64,000 nucleotides of DNA from Camelus dromedarius. Taxonomy: Eukaryota. The notes under the pieces were generated by a model. That model did not search any database. It saw only the letters and a program-made list of their open reading frames with translations, and was not told the origin of the DNA. A program made the position numbers and the translations under genes. The stretch is from the NCBI RefSeq assembly GCF_036321535.1, contig NC_087437.1, forward strand, positions 78,060,001 through 78,124,000, given 5' to 3'. Positions 49,681 through 62,560 of the stretch are shown here, piece by piece. Numbering within the stretch: position 1 is the first letter of the stretch; each line of letters starts with the position of its first letter.

Positions 49681-52600
49681 GACATTCATTTCTATATTAT
49701 TATAATTTCAAATCATACTTTGCAGAAAATATCAATTAATTGTATCTTGACATGAAGAGTTTAAAATTCAGCATAGAATTAGAGAGAGCTCGGAGATTTT
49801 CTGGTTGAATAGCTCTTAAATTTGTTGGGATCCTAGACCTTTTTGAATTCTGATGCAAGGTGGTGGATCCTCTTTCTTCCCCAAAGTTGCACATGCACTC
49901 AGCATTCTATTTCAGGAATTCTTTCACAACCTGATGCTCATCATTGGAACCTTTGAACGCAGGTTAAAAAGAGTGTATCAAATCTGATATTTAGTGTCCT
50001 ATTCACAGAACAGTGTTGGGATTGGCCTCAAAATGTCCAGCTCCCATTATTGGAAGCAACCCCCTTTCCTGAATATGGGTCTGTTTTTTTTTTTTCACTT
50101 TACCCCCAAAATGCTGAGCACAGGCTGGAAATTAATGTGATCATCAGATCAAAGAAAATTTGAAAATCAGATAAAAGAAAACTTTTATTTCAAAGACTAT
50201 CACTACACTAGCTTTCCTCTTGAATGCCTCTGTCTTCTGAGAGACCCCTCAGTGCTGTGAAGTTCTTTCTTTTAAGTGACTGCTGCTCACAACACTAATG
50301 ACTTTATACTCGGGCAGTCAAACAGAATAGTAGCTCAGATTTTGAAAAGTAACAGAGCTATGTGGGCTTTTTAATATGACCTTAGGGTTGTCACATTGAT
50401 CCCTGTTTTGTTTTTCCTTTTTTTGGTTCATTCATTCTATTTATCTTTATTTATCCATTGCCTCCTTTCCTTTTCCTTTCTCTCACTTTAAGCTTTGGGC
50501 CTAGTTTGCAAATCATTTTAAAAAAGTAACCCACGGGTCTAGTTCCTACCTAATTCACAACACTTGCATTTGACTCTTCAGGGTTTATTCCAGATTCTTT
50601 CCTCCTCCTTGGCTACTTCTGCTTTTTCTGATCACACAACAAACTTCTGGCAGCAGAGGATACACTGATACTTTCAAAGAGGCTGTGAAAATAAAGCAAG
50701 AAGAGATAGAAAGGCAGAGTTCTTCACGTCGCTTAGGCTCCTAGCCTGGTTTTCATTGTGTTCTTTGTCTGGTTTCCATTTGACACACACAGATTCCTTC
50801 TCATTCCTAAGCGCGCATTCCAGGGTTTATGTTCACGGCTGAGAGATGCATGTAGAGAGTATGCAAAGAGTAGTTTCCAAAGAGTAACCCCAAAGAGGGC
50901 TGTCAAGTTTCTCTTTATGGCTATTTTGGCTTCAAGTCATTTTTATATTTCTTCTAGCTCTAGATCAGACTGACGTGGAGAGACAGGGTATTTTGATTCC
51001 ACATTTCTTGCGATGATATCGCAAGGCAAAATCCAGGGGGAATTGAAACATCATCTGTCGTGTATGGCCAGGTTGAAGCTGTATGACATTTGAAGTGTAG
51101 GAGCAGGGAAGGTATCTGCCAGCCTGGAAGTTTTTAATCCCCTTTTCAGAACACTTAGCAGAGTTGCCCCACTAGTCCCACAGTGCCAGTGCCCTGTCTG
51201 CTGCTGCTGTGCAGTCTGCTCTTGTTCATATTGGATATGATCACATGTGAACCTCAAAGACCTTTTTGAAGCTCAGCCTTCTTTGACTCCTGAATCATTA
51301 ACTTTCACCCAGTCATCACATTTTACCTTCTGCCCACACAGGTTTTGTTTAATAGGAAAGTAATTGACATGTGGCAGGTAAGACATGCCGTATGGATAGA
51401 AAGAACCTTCAAGTTAAGTGCATATTTTTACAAGGTCATAGAACTTTGACAGAACTGGCCACCTTTTCATTCCTTAGCATGCTTGTATAATTTATCTATA
51501 TTTATTTTTAAAAGTTGGATGTGAGCTTGCTTCAATTTTTGATCGCTTTTTTTCTTAGTAATGAAAAAGAAGAAATGCTTCTCTCATGAGAAGTGTCATC
51601 AGTGGGAAGAGGCAGTAATGGAAGCCTTGTTAGAGCTGACCTCAAGAGAAGGCAGAGCAGGATCTGATCTGTTTCAGGAGTGGGTGGAGTAGCAAGTGGA
51701 AATCATTGTACTAATATAAGTCCCAACAGCCTATATTTTCACTGTTATAGATTCACTCCTTTGGTGTGGAAAGGTTTTAGTTTTCAAAAGTGCAGCTATT
51801 AAATTGCAGGTTGTTTTTGAAAATATTAGGCAATATCTGTAAATCCCACAATTGAAATCCAGTTAGGCATCCAATCCTGTAAGAATAGGGCGTGGAATGA
51901 GTGTTAGAATGCTGTTAGAAGACAAAGTTGTTCTGAAAGTTGATGGTACAGAAGGAAAAATCATCTACTTCCTGGTTTGTTAAAATTAGACTCTACTCTT
52001 AACTGTGCTACTTCAGTCAGAGAGGGTGATGAGATGCACAGAACTGACCGACAACTGTTTTTGCATTTAAATTACTGAAAAATGCTTGAAGGGAGTCTGA
52101 CTGAGGCTGCTATTATTGGGTTTTAAATAAGTTAAAAAATGAACAAAGTCCTCCCAGAGCCCTCTACAGTGTACACAGCCCTTTCGCAATCACAATTTTG
52201 TTTAATTTTTATCATTAGCCTGTAGACATGGCGAACACGTTACTTACGTTACCGTCTACAGAGGAATCATTGATTTTGCACAGAGCAAGTGTATGTGAGC
52301 ATATGGTACTTTATAAGTACTTTGGAGAAGAAAACTGCATTTCAGGAACTGAACTACAAATTGATAAAGCAATTTATCCACAGTTCCATCAGAGCTGTCC
52401 ATGCAGAATGTGCATTTGTATCTTTATTAGCTTGAATTTACATTGTTTAAAATGTATGAATCATTTAGGCAACTTCATCACTGTGACTGTATTTAAGCAT
52501 GCAATTAAACAATTCTAATAATATTTAAAGTCATTTGCTGGGATGGCTTTTCTATTATAAGTCAATAAGGGAGAAGGAAGCATGACAATATATTATTATT

Positions 52601-53851
52601 CAAATAAGGAAATAACACATATAGTATTTCTTTATGGCAGAGAATTCTTCATGCTTCCTTTATAATGTTGCTTCCAAATATATATCCCTGGACAGAAGAA
52701 TAATCTTAATCTTACTTAAGCCTTAGGAGTATAAGGTACATCTATTTTTCTAAATCTGTTTTTGTTGGAACATGAGGAGAGAATGATGTAGTCATAATTG
52801 CAACATTTTCTGAATCAAAAATGTCATTATGTGACCTGACCTACACGATTTTTAATTATTTAAAAAAATGACATTTATTGCAAAGATAGAAAACCTATAT
52901 CACATTTAGCTTTATATTAATGAATCTCATTTATGAAAAAAATAAAATCACATGGAAAAAGAATATGAAGGACAAGTGACTGCTGTTGATTGGAATAAAA
53001 TTTTTAATTGTGACAGAATGAAGAAAGTTCATTTAGAAAAAATAATAAAGACAATCTAATATTACTCTCTTCCATATTGTTTTCTTGGAAATTAAAGCAT
53101 TTTAGAATATAATCATGTAGCACAGGATCCAAACTCCCACCAATAGCACTCCATGAAATTTAATTATTCCTTTCAGATTTTCATGGTCATATAGTGAATC
53201 TTCAAGTTTCACTAATGTTATTTATCTGATGGTGCCTAATTAATTAGCACTGAGTCCTCACCAGGTTTTGACTATTCCAAGCCAACAACTCTTGAAAGGC
53301 CAGAACACAAAATTCTTCTCAAAGCTTTATTTAAAATTCTATGCAGAAGATTAAAATGTTTTTCTGTGGCCTTTCACGGATACTTGAAGGGTTCTGATAT
53401 TTGTGAACAAGGGGTAAAATATGATTTAGACAAGGGCAGTAATAATTAGTAAGTCTTAACTTTTCATGAACTGACACTAAGTAGGTTTGCATGTTTTTTT
53501 TTTTTTTAATAAACTGGGGACTTGGGAGAATGTAAAGGTGAAAAATATTGTCTAAATCTCTTATGTTAAGAGTGATTGTCAATGGGAAAAGCATCCTTCT
53601 GTTTTTCATCAAAAAGCATTCACTTTAGCTCTTGGAGGAGAGTTGAGAGATTAGTGGTGTCAGCTGCAGTACTGGGCACTCCTGGAGGGGCTGTGTCTGG
53701 GAAATGTCTCAGGTGAAATTCAATGGCCTAGACATAAACTGGGTAGAGATCAATCATGGCTACCAGACTGTGTTTTTCTGTTGTTTTTAAGAACAGAGTG
53801 CTAGAGATGTTGTGTTGGTACAGGGAGGTCAGTGGTTTTAAGAGTCTATGG

Positions 53852-54123
53852 GAAAAGGGGTGTGAAGGGAAAAATTGGGAGTTCAAGATTTGCAGATAGT
53901 AACTACTATATATAAAATAAAAAATAAGTTTTTTTCTGTATAGCACAGGAACCACATTCAATATCTTGTAGTAACTTATAATGAAAAAGAATATGAAAAT
54001 GAATATATGTATGTTTATGTATGAATGAAACATTATGCTATACACCAGAAATTGACACAAACTGTAAACTGACTATACTTCAACTAAAACAAACAAAACA
54101 AAAAACAAAAACAGATCTAAAAA
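53852..54123 (+). mobile_element. 5'-truncated L1 3' end inserted into a MIR
   Basis: ctgtatagcacaggaaccacattcaatatcttgtagtaacttataatgaaaaagaatatgaaaatgaatatatgtatg..tgtaaactgactatacttcaa plus A-rich tail; TSD aagagtctatgg (53840-53851) / aagaatctatgg (54124-54135). Confidence 0.88.
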
Positions 54124-54319
54124 AAGAATCTATGGCACTTAAAATTTAAAAGACTAGAGTTGAAGTCTAGGCTTTGTATCTCACAAATATGATCTAGAAC
54201 AGTTCACTAAATCTCTCTGAACTTCAGTTTCATCTTTTCTAAAATTCATATCTTGCTATTTCAGGCAACTTATATATGAGTTATGCTGGAATCCAGACAC
54301 TCCAGGACTGGGAATACGT

Positions 54320-54825
54320 GTCACTTATTTATTTTGGCATAACAAATCACCCCAAAATGTGTTGCTCTACAACAATACAATTTATTTCTCATGATTATGT
54401 GGGTTGACTGAGTGAATTTTCTGCTGATCTGACCTACATCATTCATGTTGCCTCTAGCTCTGGGATTGACGAGGGCAGAGCTCAGTTGGGCTGTTAGCCA
54501 GGGAGACTCAGTGTTCTTCCGCAGAGCCTTTCTGTGGAGCTAGACTGGGCTTTCTCACTGCCTCCTGGTCTCCAGAAGTGTTCCAATTGGGAGGATTTCA
54601 AGAATTAGAGAATGAATGCTACAAAGCTCCTAAAGGGTGCTGTTGGGAGTCCTACAGGATCCCTTTCGCCACATTTTATACACAAAGCAAGTCACAAGGC
54701 CAGCCCACCGTCAAGAGGAGAGAAAAGTCAGACCCACTACTGGATGAGAGGGGTGGTGAGGTGTCATTATAGAAAGAATACAATATGGAAGATACTATTA
54801 TGATTATGTTTGGAAATAATCTACC
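54320..54825 (-). mobile_element. ERVL-MaLR LTR (MLT1H/I/J-like)
   Basis: gcataacaaatcaccccaaaat..acaacaatacaatttatttctcatgattatgtgggttgactg..aaagcaagtcacaaggccagccca..tttggaaataatctacca. Confidence 0.8.
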
Positions 54826-54959
54826 AAAGGAGGCGAGTGCTAAAGTTGGGCCGTGGGCGTGGGATGGTGCTGAGGTTCTGACTGGTGATAGTAACCTCCC
54901 CTGCACAGGAAACCCAGTGATGCAACTTGCAACATTCAAAGTCCATGCCCATGCAGAAC

Positions 54960-55190
54960 TGAACGGATCTCGGTTGAGTGTGGATTCTAGGAGGAAAACA
55001 ACTTTGGGGTTAAAATCTAGCTCACGATTTCCTGACTATTTGCTTAAGTTCATCTGTGCCTCAATTTCCTTATCTATAAAATTAAGAGAATAACATTTTC
55101 TATTTCATAGAGTTATTTGGAAGATTGAATAAGCACCATATGTTAATGGCTTAGAATAGTGCCTAACACAAAAACTTCAAAAGAAATGTT
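54960..55190 (+). mobile_element. MIR SINE
   Basis: catctgtgcctcaatttccttatctataaaatt..ctatttcatagagttatttggaagattgaat..ggcttagaatagtgcctaacaca. Confidence 0.75.
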
Positions 55191-55192
55191 TA

Positions 55193-55196
<4 letters not shown>

Positions 55197-55249
<53 letters not shown>

Positions 55250-55286
55250 CATCATCATCATCATCATCACCACCATTATTATTATT
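55197..55286. repeat. Compound trinucleotide microsatellite (ATT)n(ATC)n(ACC)n(ATT)n
   Basis: Seen directly; gives the poly-Ile/poly-Asp ORF 55143..55340. Confidence 0.95.
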
Positions 55287-57914
55287 GAAGTAGTCTAGAT
55301 GCATTTGGGTGGCTGGTGTGAAGTTAGCAAGACATTTCAATCATAGCTACCATTGGGAATTCAGGACAAGTCCATTAGTTTCAAGAAATCAATTTATGTT
55401 TTTCAGGGATCTAATCTGGGAGCACATGAGGGGACACATAGTGAAAAGAAGCTGGCCTCTTGGGAGGAGATCTGACAGGAGGTAGGTGCTCTGTCGATGT
55501 CTAGGGTGTAAGGCAGGACCCTGATTCTGGGGTCATAAAGGGGAGAGAGCCAAGCAAACAGGAAGAAGTAATAGAGGGGAATTCAATCATGTGCACACAC
55601 TTGTGAATAGGGCCAACTCTTGGCTGCAGCTTTGTAAGGAAGAGGGTTTTTCCCAAACTAAAATCTCCATCAGTGTATAAATGAGTCTTGGGACACTGGG
55701 AAACCTAGATACCTTGGCCAAATCACTGAGTCTAAGATACATGACTAAATTCCAACCTCCAATAAAATATAGTTTTACTTCCCACCACTGTTGATTGACT
55801 CAGGAACTGAAGTCAGTCTTCGTCTATAAGTGGAGATGGTGAGTGGATTAAGCCCTGGAAGCTAGGAAGATAGAGATAAATGCAGGGGCTGTGGCACAAG
55901 GCTGACACAATCTCACTGGATGGTTATGATGATCAAATGAAACTGGATATAAAAGAACTTAGTGAATTACTATCATCAAGCATATCTCCTGGGACAAATA
56001 ATTAAAAAAAATAAATGTAAATTTTCGAACTAAACACCCGAGGATAGAATCCATGATGTTATGTGTGAAGGCTGAGGTCCGTGTCAGGCAGTCAGGCAGT
56101 AAGGCAGGCAGGAGAGCTGAAGTGCAACAGTGGGTCAGGGCAGAGCTCAGGACTTAAGCAATTTTGAAGGAAAAGGTGGCGAATGTATTGGGACTAGAAG
56201 ATCAGAACCTGAATGCGTGGGTGGATCCCTCACTCCTGCGTGCAGTGGAAATGACAGCAAATCCCATGATGAGGTTGATAATCCCTCTGCCCTGGTTGTA
56301 AGCAGTCTTTCTGATGTGGATGGATGAAGGCTCACAGGTGTGTGCTGAGCCCCAGAATAAATTCTGCAGGTGCTGGTGATTGCAGTAAAGGTCCTAGTCC
56401 CTTTAGAGAGTCCTCACTGTCTGAACAAATGAAATGATTTTGAATGCTTCTGCTTGCTACAGGGAAATTTAGAAAAAGATGACATGATTTCATGCTCCTT
56501 TGGATAGCTTTCTGAAGAGACCTGGGCCAAGAAAATTATTCTCCAAAAGCCTGCTAAATTTTTATAATGGAAACAAATTTCTTTCTTAATATAAGTAACA
56601 TTAATTCTATTTTAAATTTATGATGTGAGAGTTGAAGTTTTTCATCACCCTGTCTGTGATTTAACATTGGGGGCTCTTTGTGTAACCAGTAGCTGACAAA
56701 GATGTCACTGTTGTATTATTTTAAAATAGGAAGGTTTTAGAAACTGACATTTTGTTCATCGTGTCTCTTGTTTTATATTGCATTGCGAATTAGTCAAGAG
56801 TGTGGTGCCAAATTACTTATTCCGTAAGAAAACATGAAGTTATTTAAGAAAATGAATTTTGTGCAAAGGTGAAACTACAAAACGGTTGAGACTGTATCCA
56901 AAAGACTAATTTTCCTCCTTATTTGCTGTTCTCTGCTTCTTCTTAACTCAAGTACCAGGTGGATGATTCCTCTAACTTAAGCACTCCTAGCTAAACTCAA
57001 ATAATACTTTAGAAATGAGGTGAAAAGTTAACTAGTTACATGACTCTTTCTCCTTAAAGTCTCATTCAGATAAAAATCAGTTCTAATTTTGTAATTCTGC
57101 AGTATGTTCAGACTCATCTTTATACTTGCAGTATTTACATTAAAGTTGTTCCAAAAGTAAACTTTTAAAATAATTTTCCAACTTTCCACAATATCTTTAG
57201 GGGAGTCAGATATTTAACTCCTGAAGGTGTTGGGAGGCAGAAAGGTGAAATGGAAAACCACAGGTTGATGGACAAGAAGCAGAAGTTAGTTAACGAGGTG
57301 GCGAGAGTGAACAGGGTGGGAGTTCAGAGGGATTCTGAAGGGAATCATTGAACTAATACGATGATGAAAAGACATCCTGACAGAGAAAAAAAAGTTCATG
57401 AACAATTCTCCTGGGTTATACAATAGAGTAAGTCTGTAAAAACTCTGGTGCATTTCCACTGAATTAAAAATTATATTCTTTCCATCAGAATATTACTGGC
57501 CTAAAAGAAGGGTATTTTTTCCCTCTGCCTCATGTTAGATTAGACCAAGTTTAAATTATGGAAAAATTATTTTTCAGATTTAATAACCTCCTACAAAAAA
57601 CAGTAAGCTATTTAAATGCTAAATTTCAAATCAGAACAGCCTTAACAAGATTTGTGTCTCCTGTAAACCACACTGCAATCAATAGAAAAACAAATTAATA
57701 AAGGTTAAGCCCTGTACCTTATTTCTTTAGAGGCACATAATTCAAGTGCTTTATCAAGTTATAAGAAAATATTAAAAAACAAAAACAAACCCCTTCCTGC
57801 CTTTATGGTATACAATCAAGATAAAATGTAGTTGTGGTATGTCTCTATACCAAGTCAAAATATTGTACTGAAATGAATGGTTTCTCTTGGCTTTATTTAT
57901 CTTATTTTAGCAAG

Positions 57915-58150
57915 CACACTGTCCTCACTATGTGTCAGGCTCTGGTTTTAGTGAGTGCTAATGTAACTCATTAAATTCTCATAATATCTGTATAAAAGTG
58001 AACCATTATTAGCTCCATTTTACAGATTAAGAAACTGAGGCATAGAAAGCTTAAGTAATTGCTGAAGTTCATGCAGCCCCAAAGTAGCAGAGCAAGTAGA
58101 GGAATTCTGGTATTTTGGCTTCAGAGTCTATGCTCTTAACCCATGATACT
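57915..58150 (-). mobile_element. MIR SINE
   Basis: ctatgtgtcaggctctg..ctcattaaattctcataa..attattagctccattttacagattaagaaactgaggcatagaaagcttaagtaattg. Confidence 0.85.
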
Positions 58151-58289
58151 CTGATGCAGCTGCTCATAGAAAATATGCTTTCATAGATAATATAACCAGA
58201 AAATGTCATTGATTAGATAGGAGTCCCAAATGCTAGAGGGAATCCCAACTACTCTTTGAATATTTTCATTTCCACGTTTATTTGCTACA

Positions 58290-59050
58290 GTCATTTTAAA
58301 CCCAGAATTTCTTACCTTAAACTCATTATCTTCCCACCCAAATGTGTTCCTTCTAAATCCCTATATTGGATGATGACTCACAAGTTATTCAGTACCTTAC
58401 GGAAAATCTAGGAGTTATTCTGGAACTCTGCCCAAGCTCACTGTCTACATCTAATTACTCATCAGATTGTGCTCCTCCTAAATAGTCTCAAAACGAGCCT
58501 CTTCTCTCTATGCCTTTGCCACTTTTATTGCCACTTTTCAGGCTTTTTTCATCTTATAATGAGACAATTAAGTTGTAATCTAAATGGTCTCCTTGTTTTT
58601 AAATTTCCTCCATTCTAGGTATCCTTTACTTTATTGCTTATGTGATCTTTAAAATATGTTTATTTAATCTTTCTCTTCCAGTTAAGGAACTTCACCCTCT
58701 TCCTCTTGCCTTAGTATAAAATATAAGGCTCTTTCTTATCTTCTGCTACTCCCCTAATATCAGACTTTATGATGTGCCAAATATCAAGCATCATGCAGTT
58801 TTTAGCCTCCTGTCTTTGCGCCTGCTATTCCCCTCTGTTTGGGACATCCAACTCACCACTTGTCCTCTTGGCAAACTCATATAAATGTCCAATAAATGTC
58901 CATCTGATGTGTCCAGCAAGCCTGCTGTAGCCTGGAAGAATTAGTTATGCATTGATGCTACATCTGTGCCTTGTACAGCCTTCTGCTGCATTTACCACAA
59001 CTTACTGTAATTTTTTTTTTTTTAACATTCTGAGTTAGTCTCTCGGCTTC
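58290..59050 (+). mobile_element. L2 fragment
   Basis: aaactcattatcttcccacccaaatgtgttccttct..aaaatctaggagttattct..gtctttgcgcctgctattcccctctgtttgg. Confidence 0.65.
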
Positions 59051-60129
59051 TTCAGGGGACAGCAATTAATGGGAGGTCAATTAAATGTCAGGGCAGGAAA
59101 TTTATTATTAATCTCCATTTTAGCTCACTGTGAAAGGTTTTATGCTATCAGAAGATGTAGAAATTTGAGAAATGGTGCATTCTAACACACGATGACTAAA
59201 GAAGAAAGATGGTAAGATAAAATGGGTTGGAAAAATAGGGAAGAATGTGGTTTTATTTAAGGTAGAGGAGGAATCAATATTTGAACTAAAGCCATTTTGT
59301 CTTCTAAATTGTCAAGATGTTACTTTTAATATGTTAATATCTCATTCACTAGTGTTCTACGTGGGGCCATCTGGACGTTCTGCTATGGAATGTCTCTTGT
59401 TTGGATGTGTTCACACTGGTATGGCCCCAATAGTTAGGCGTTAAGTCAGTTGTGTCTCTTGTCTCAGAACATCGATTGTCACTCAACGTTTGTCTGTGTT
59501 CCTCTGCATGGTGCTATTTACCACCCAGAAAAATTCCTATCATTTGGCAAATAGAATTAATTTTCTATATGCACAATGTAAGAATGTAAGACTAAAGATA
59601 TACAGAGACTCTCTAACAGGTTTTTGGTTTCCTTAAAAGCCATTTAGTTTCTTGGTCAATGACTATCGTGTTTTCATAACCAAATCCTGACAGTTGGGTC
59701 CAGCAAAGAAATGGTTTTAACTTCGTTGGGCAAAATAAAATTATTACAAAAATATAGGCAATTTTCAGATTATGCCACAGTTTATAATAAAAATGCTTAA
59801 CTGTATTTAGTAGACTTCAAGGCTAGATGTGGCGTGTTGTTTAAGAGTGTTTGTATTGTGAGTCATAATGTATTTATCAGAATTCTGGAATATCATGGTT
59901 GATCTCCCTTGGAATGTAAGAAAGCTTGATTCCATTACTGTTAAATTTAAGCAATTTTTTTTTAAATCTTGTGATCCCCATTAACAGATGTTTCAAGGAA
60001 TTTTAGAACAAGAAAGGTGGGGAAAAATTCCTCAAATGGGAGGAATCGTTTTCTTGATAATTCTGTTTGATATCATTTTCTTTGCTTCTGAGGTATTAAC
60101 ATTTGTCCTAATAGCTAACACACATTTAA

Positions 60130-60620
60130 TGCTGATAATTTTTGTTTTTTATTTTCTCTTCCATTGATCTACATAAAAGCTCATGCCAACACTTCATGGC
60201 TTAAAACAACAATCATTTATTTTTCTCATAAATCTTCAATTTGTTCAGGGTACAGCAAGCCAAATGGTCTCTGATCTACAATTTCTAGGATGACTGAAAC
60301 ACCTACAATAGTGCTGGGCAGGCAGCTCTCCCTCCTTTCCTGGTTAGAATTTCTAAGGGATATTTCCCGTTGTTTTTTGTCCATAATGATACTTTCAAGG
60401 TGGTCAGACTTCTTACATTGAAGTTCAGGGCTCTATGAATGAGTTTTCCTAGAAAGCAAGATCTTTTATGACTTGGCCTTGAAAATCTTGCAACTAAGTA
60501 ATATCTTTTACCATATTTCATTGATTATAGTAAGCCTCAATTCTTTGAAGGAGTGGTCTGCCCAGAGTGTAAATACCAGGGGCAGAGATGACTTGGAAAT
60601 AATCTTGGAGCCAGGCTCAC
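60130..60620 (-). mobile_element. ERVL-MaLR LTR (old MLT1)
   Basis: catggcttaaaacaacaatcatttatttttctcataaatcttcaatttg..ggtggtcagacttcttacat..ttttatgacttggccttgaaa..aatcttggagccaggctcaca. Confidence 0.75.
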
Positions 60621-60724
60621 ACATCTCTATGCCCCTCATCCCCTTCCTTCTGTTTTTCTCCTCCTCCCCCCTTTTCTCCTTTTCCTCTTCATCCTCCTCT
60701 TGCCTTTCCCCTTTGGTGTTGTCA

Positions 60725-62560
60725 TACACAGTAGAATTTTGAAAAACGTATATAGTGAAATAATCACCACAATCAAGACAATCAAGACACTGAATGGTTT
60801 CCTCACTCAGAGCATTTCTATCTGTCTCTTTGTGGTCAAATTCATCTCCCGACTTCAGGGACCTGACAATTAGGAATCTGTTCTCTGTCCTTTTAGTTTT
60901 CCCTTCTCCCGAATGTCATAGAAAAGGAATCATACTGTATCTAGCTATTTGAGATTGGCTTATTTCATTTAGCATAACTTGGGATTCATCTCCATTGTTG
61001 CATGTTTTAGTAGTTTGTTCTTATTTATTGCTGAGTAATAGTCAATCATATGGATATAATTTTTATTGAAGTATAATTGACTTACAACAGTGTATCATTT
61101 TCAAGGGTATAACATAATGATTCTATATTTTTATATATTATGAAATGATCATCACTATGTCTAGTTACCATCTGTCACCATACAAAGTTACAACAATATT
61201 ATTGACTATATTCCTATGCTGTATTTTATATCCCTGTGACTTATTGATTTTATAACTGAAAGTTTATACCTCTTAATCCCCTTCACCTATTTCACCAATT
61301 CCCCCAACTTCAACCCCTGTGACAACCACTAATTCACTTTCTCTATGAGTCTGCTTCTGTTTTATGTTTGTTAATTTTTATTTTAGGTTCTGTGCATAGT
61401 TAAAATCATACTGTGTTTGTATTCTTTTGTCTGACTTATTTCACTTAGCATAATAACTTCTAGGTCCACTCATGTTGCCCCAAATGACAAGATTTGAATT
61501 TTTTATGGCTAAGTAATATTCCTGTGTGTCTGTATGCATCACAAATATATGTATGTGTATATGTGTGTGTGTGTATATATATAGAGAGAGAGAGTGAGAG
61601 AGAGAGAGTGCCCATCTTCTCTATCCTTTCATCTATTGATGGACACTTAATGTTGCTTCTGTTTCTTGGCTATTGTTAATAATGCTGCAATGAACATTGG
61701 GGTGCAAATATATTTTTCAAACATATATTTAGTCTTTTCTTTTTCTTTGGATAAATACCTAGGAGTGGAATTGTGGGATCATATGATAGTTTTAATTTTA
61801 ATTTTTGAGGGATCTCTAGTCTGTTTTCTATAGTGGCTGTACCAATTTGCATTCCCACCAACAGTACACAAGGATTCACTTTTCTCCACATCCTCGCCAA
61901 CACTTGTCATCTTTTGTCTTTTTCATGATAGTCATTTTGACAGATACAAGGAGATATCTCATTGTATGCTGGGGTGGCCTTGGAAGGCTGGCTAGAACAC
62001 CAGGTACTTTTCAAACTGCTTCATCTATGCTGGTACTTGGAGCCTTTGTGTTTGTGCATCAACCCTTTACAGGTGGAGTCTTAGTTTCCTACAACCCTCC
62101 AGTTCTTCCAGGTGTAATCCATGCTGATTTTCAAAGCCAAATGGTATAGGGACTCATCTTCCTGGGGCTGGTCTCTAGGGTGCCAAACGTGGGCTTCAGA
62201 CCTCTCACTTCTTAGGAAACACCTCATGTTTTTGAAAGCCTGTCCTGCTTGTGGGTCACTGTGGTGGGGGTGTGGGTCCTGACTAGATTGCATCTCTATC
62301 CCTCCTACCTGTCTCAATGAATTTTTTTCTTTATATTTTTAATTGTGGAAGAGCTGTTCTGCTAGTATTTGGGTCTTTTTCAGAGAGAGTTGTTTTATAT
62401 GTAGTTGTATTTTTTGTTTGTCTATAGGAGGAGGTGAGCTTAGGATCTTCCCACTTCACCATCTTGATTCCATCTTTGGATACAATTTTTTCATTCATTC
62501 ACCAGTTGAAGAACATTTGGATGTGTTCCATATCTTGTTGATTGTGAAAAAAGTTGCTGA
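60725..62560 (-). mobile_element. L1MB-type 3' end, split by a younger L1-derived insertion
   Basis: atcaccacaatcaagaca..gaatgtcatagaaaaggaatcatactgtat..ttattgctgagtaatagtc | resumes cattcattcaccagttgaagaacatttgg. Confidence 0.75.
61065..62476 (-). mobile_element. Internally deleted L1: about 510 bp of 5'UTR fused to about 900 bp of ORF2 end/3'UTR
   Basis: Minus strand starts agatggaatcAAGATGGTGaagtgggaagatcctaagctcacctcctcc (L1 5' end, YY1-like site). 61065-61965 is L1MA-type 3' end (ggctgtaccaatttgcattcccaccaacagt, gatatctcattgt). TSD tggatataattttt (61051-61064) / tggatacaattttt (62477-62490). Confidence 0.75.
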
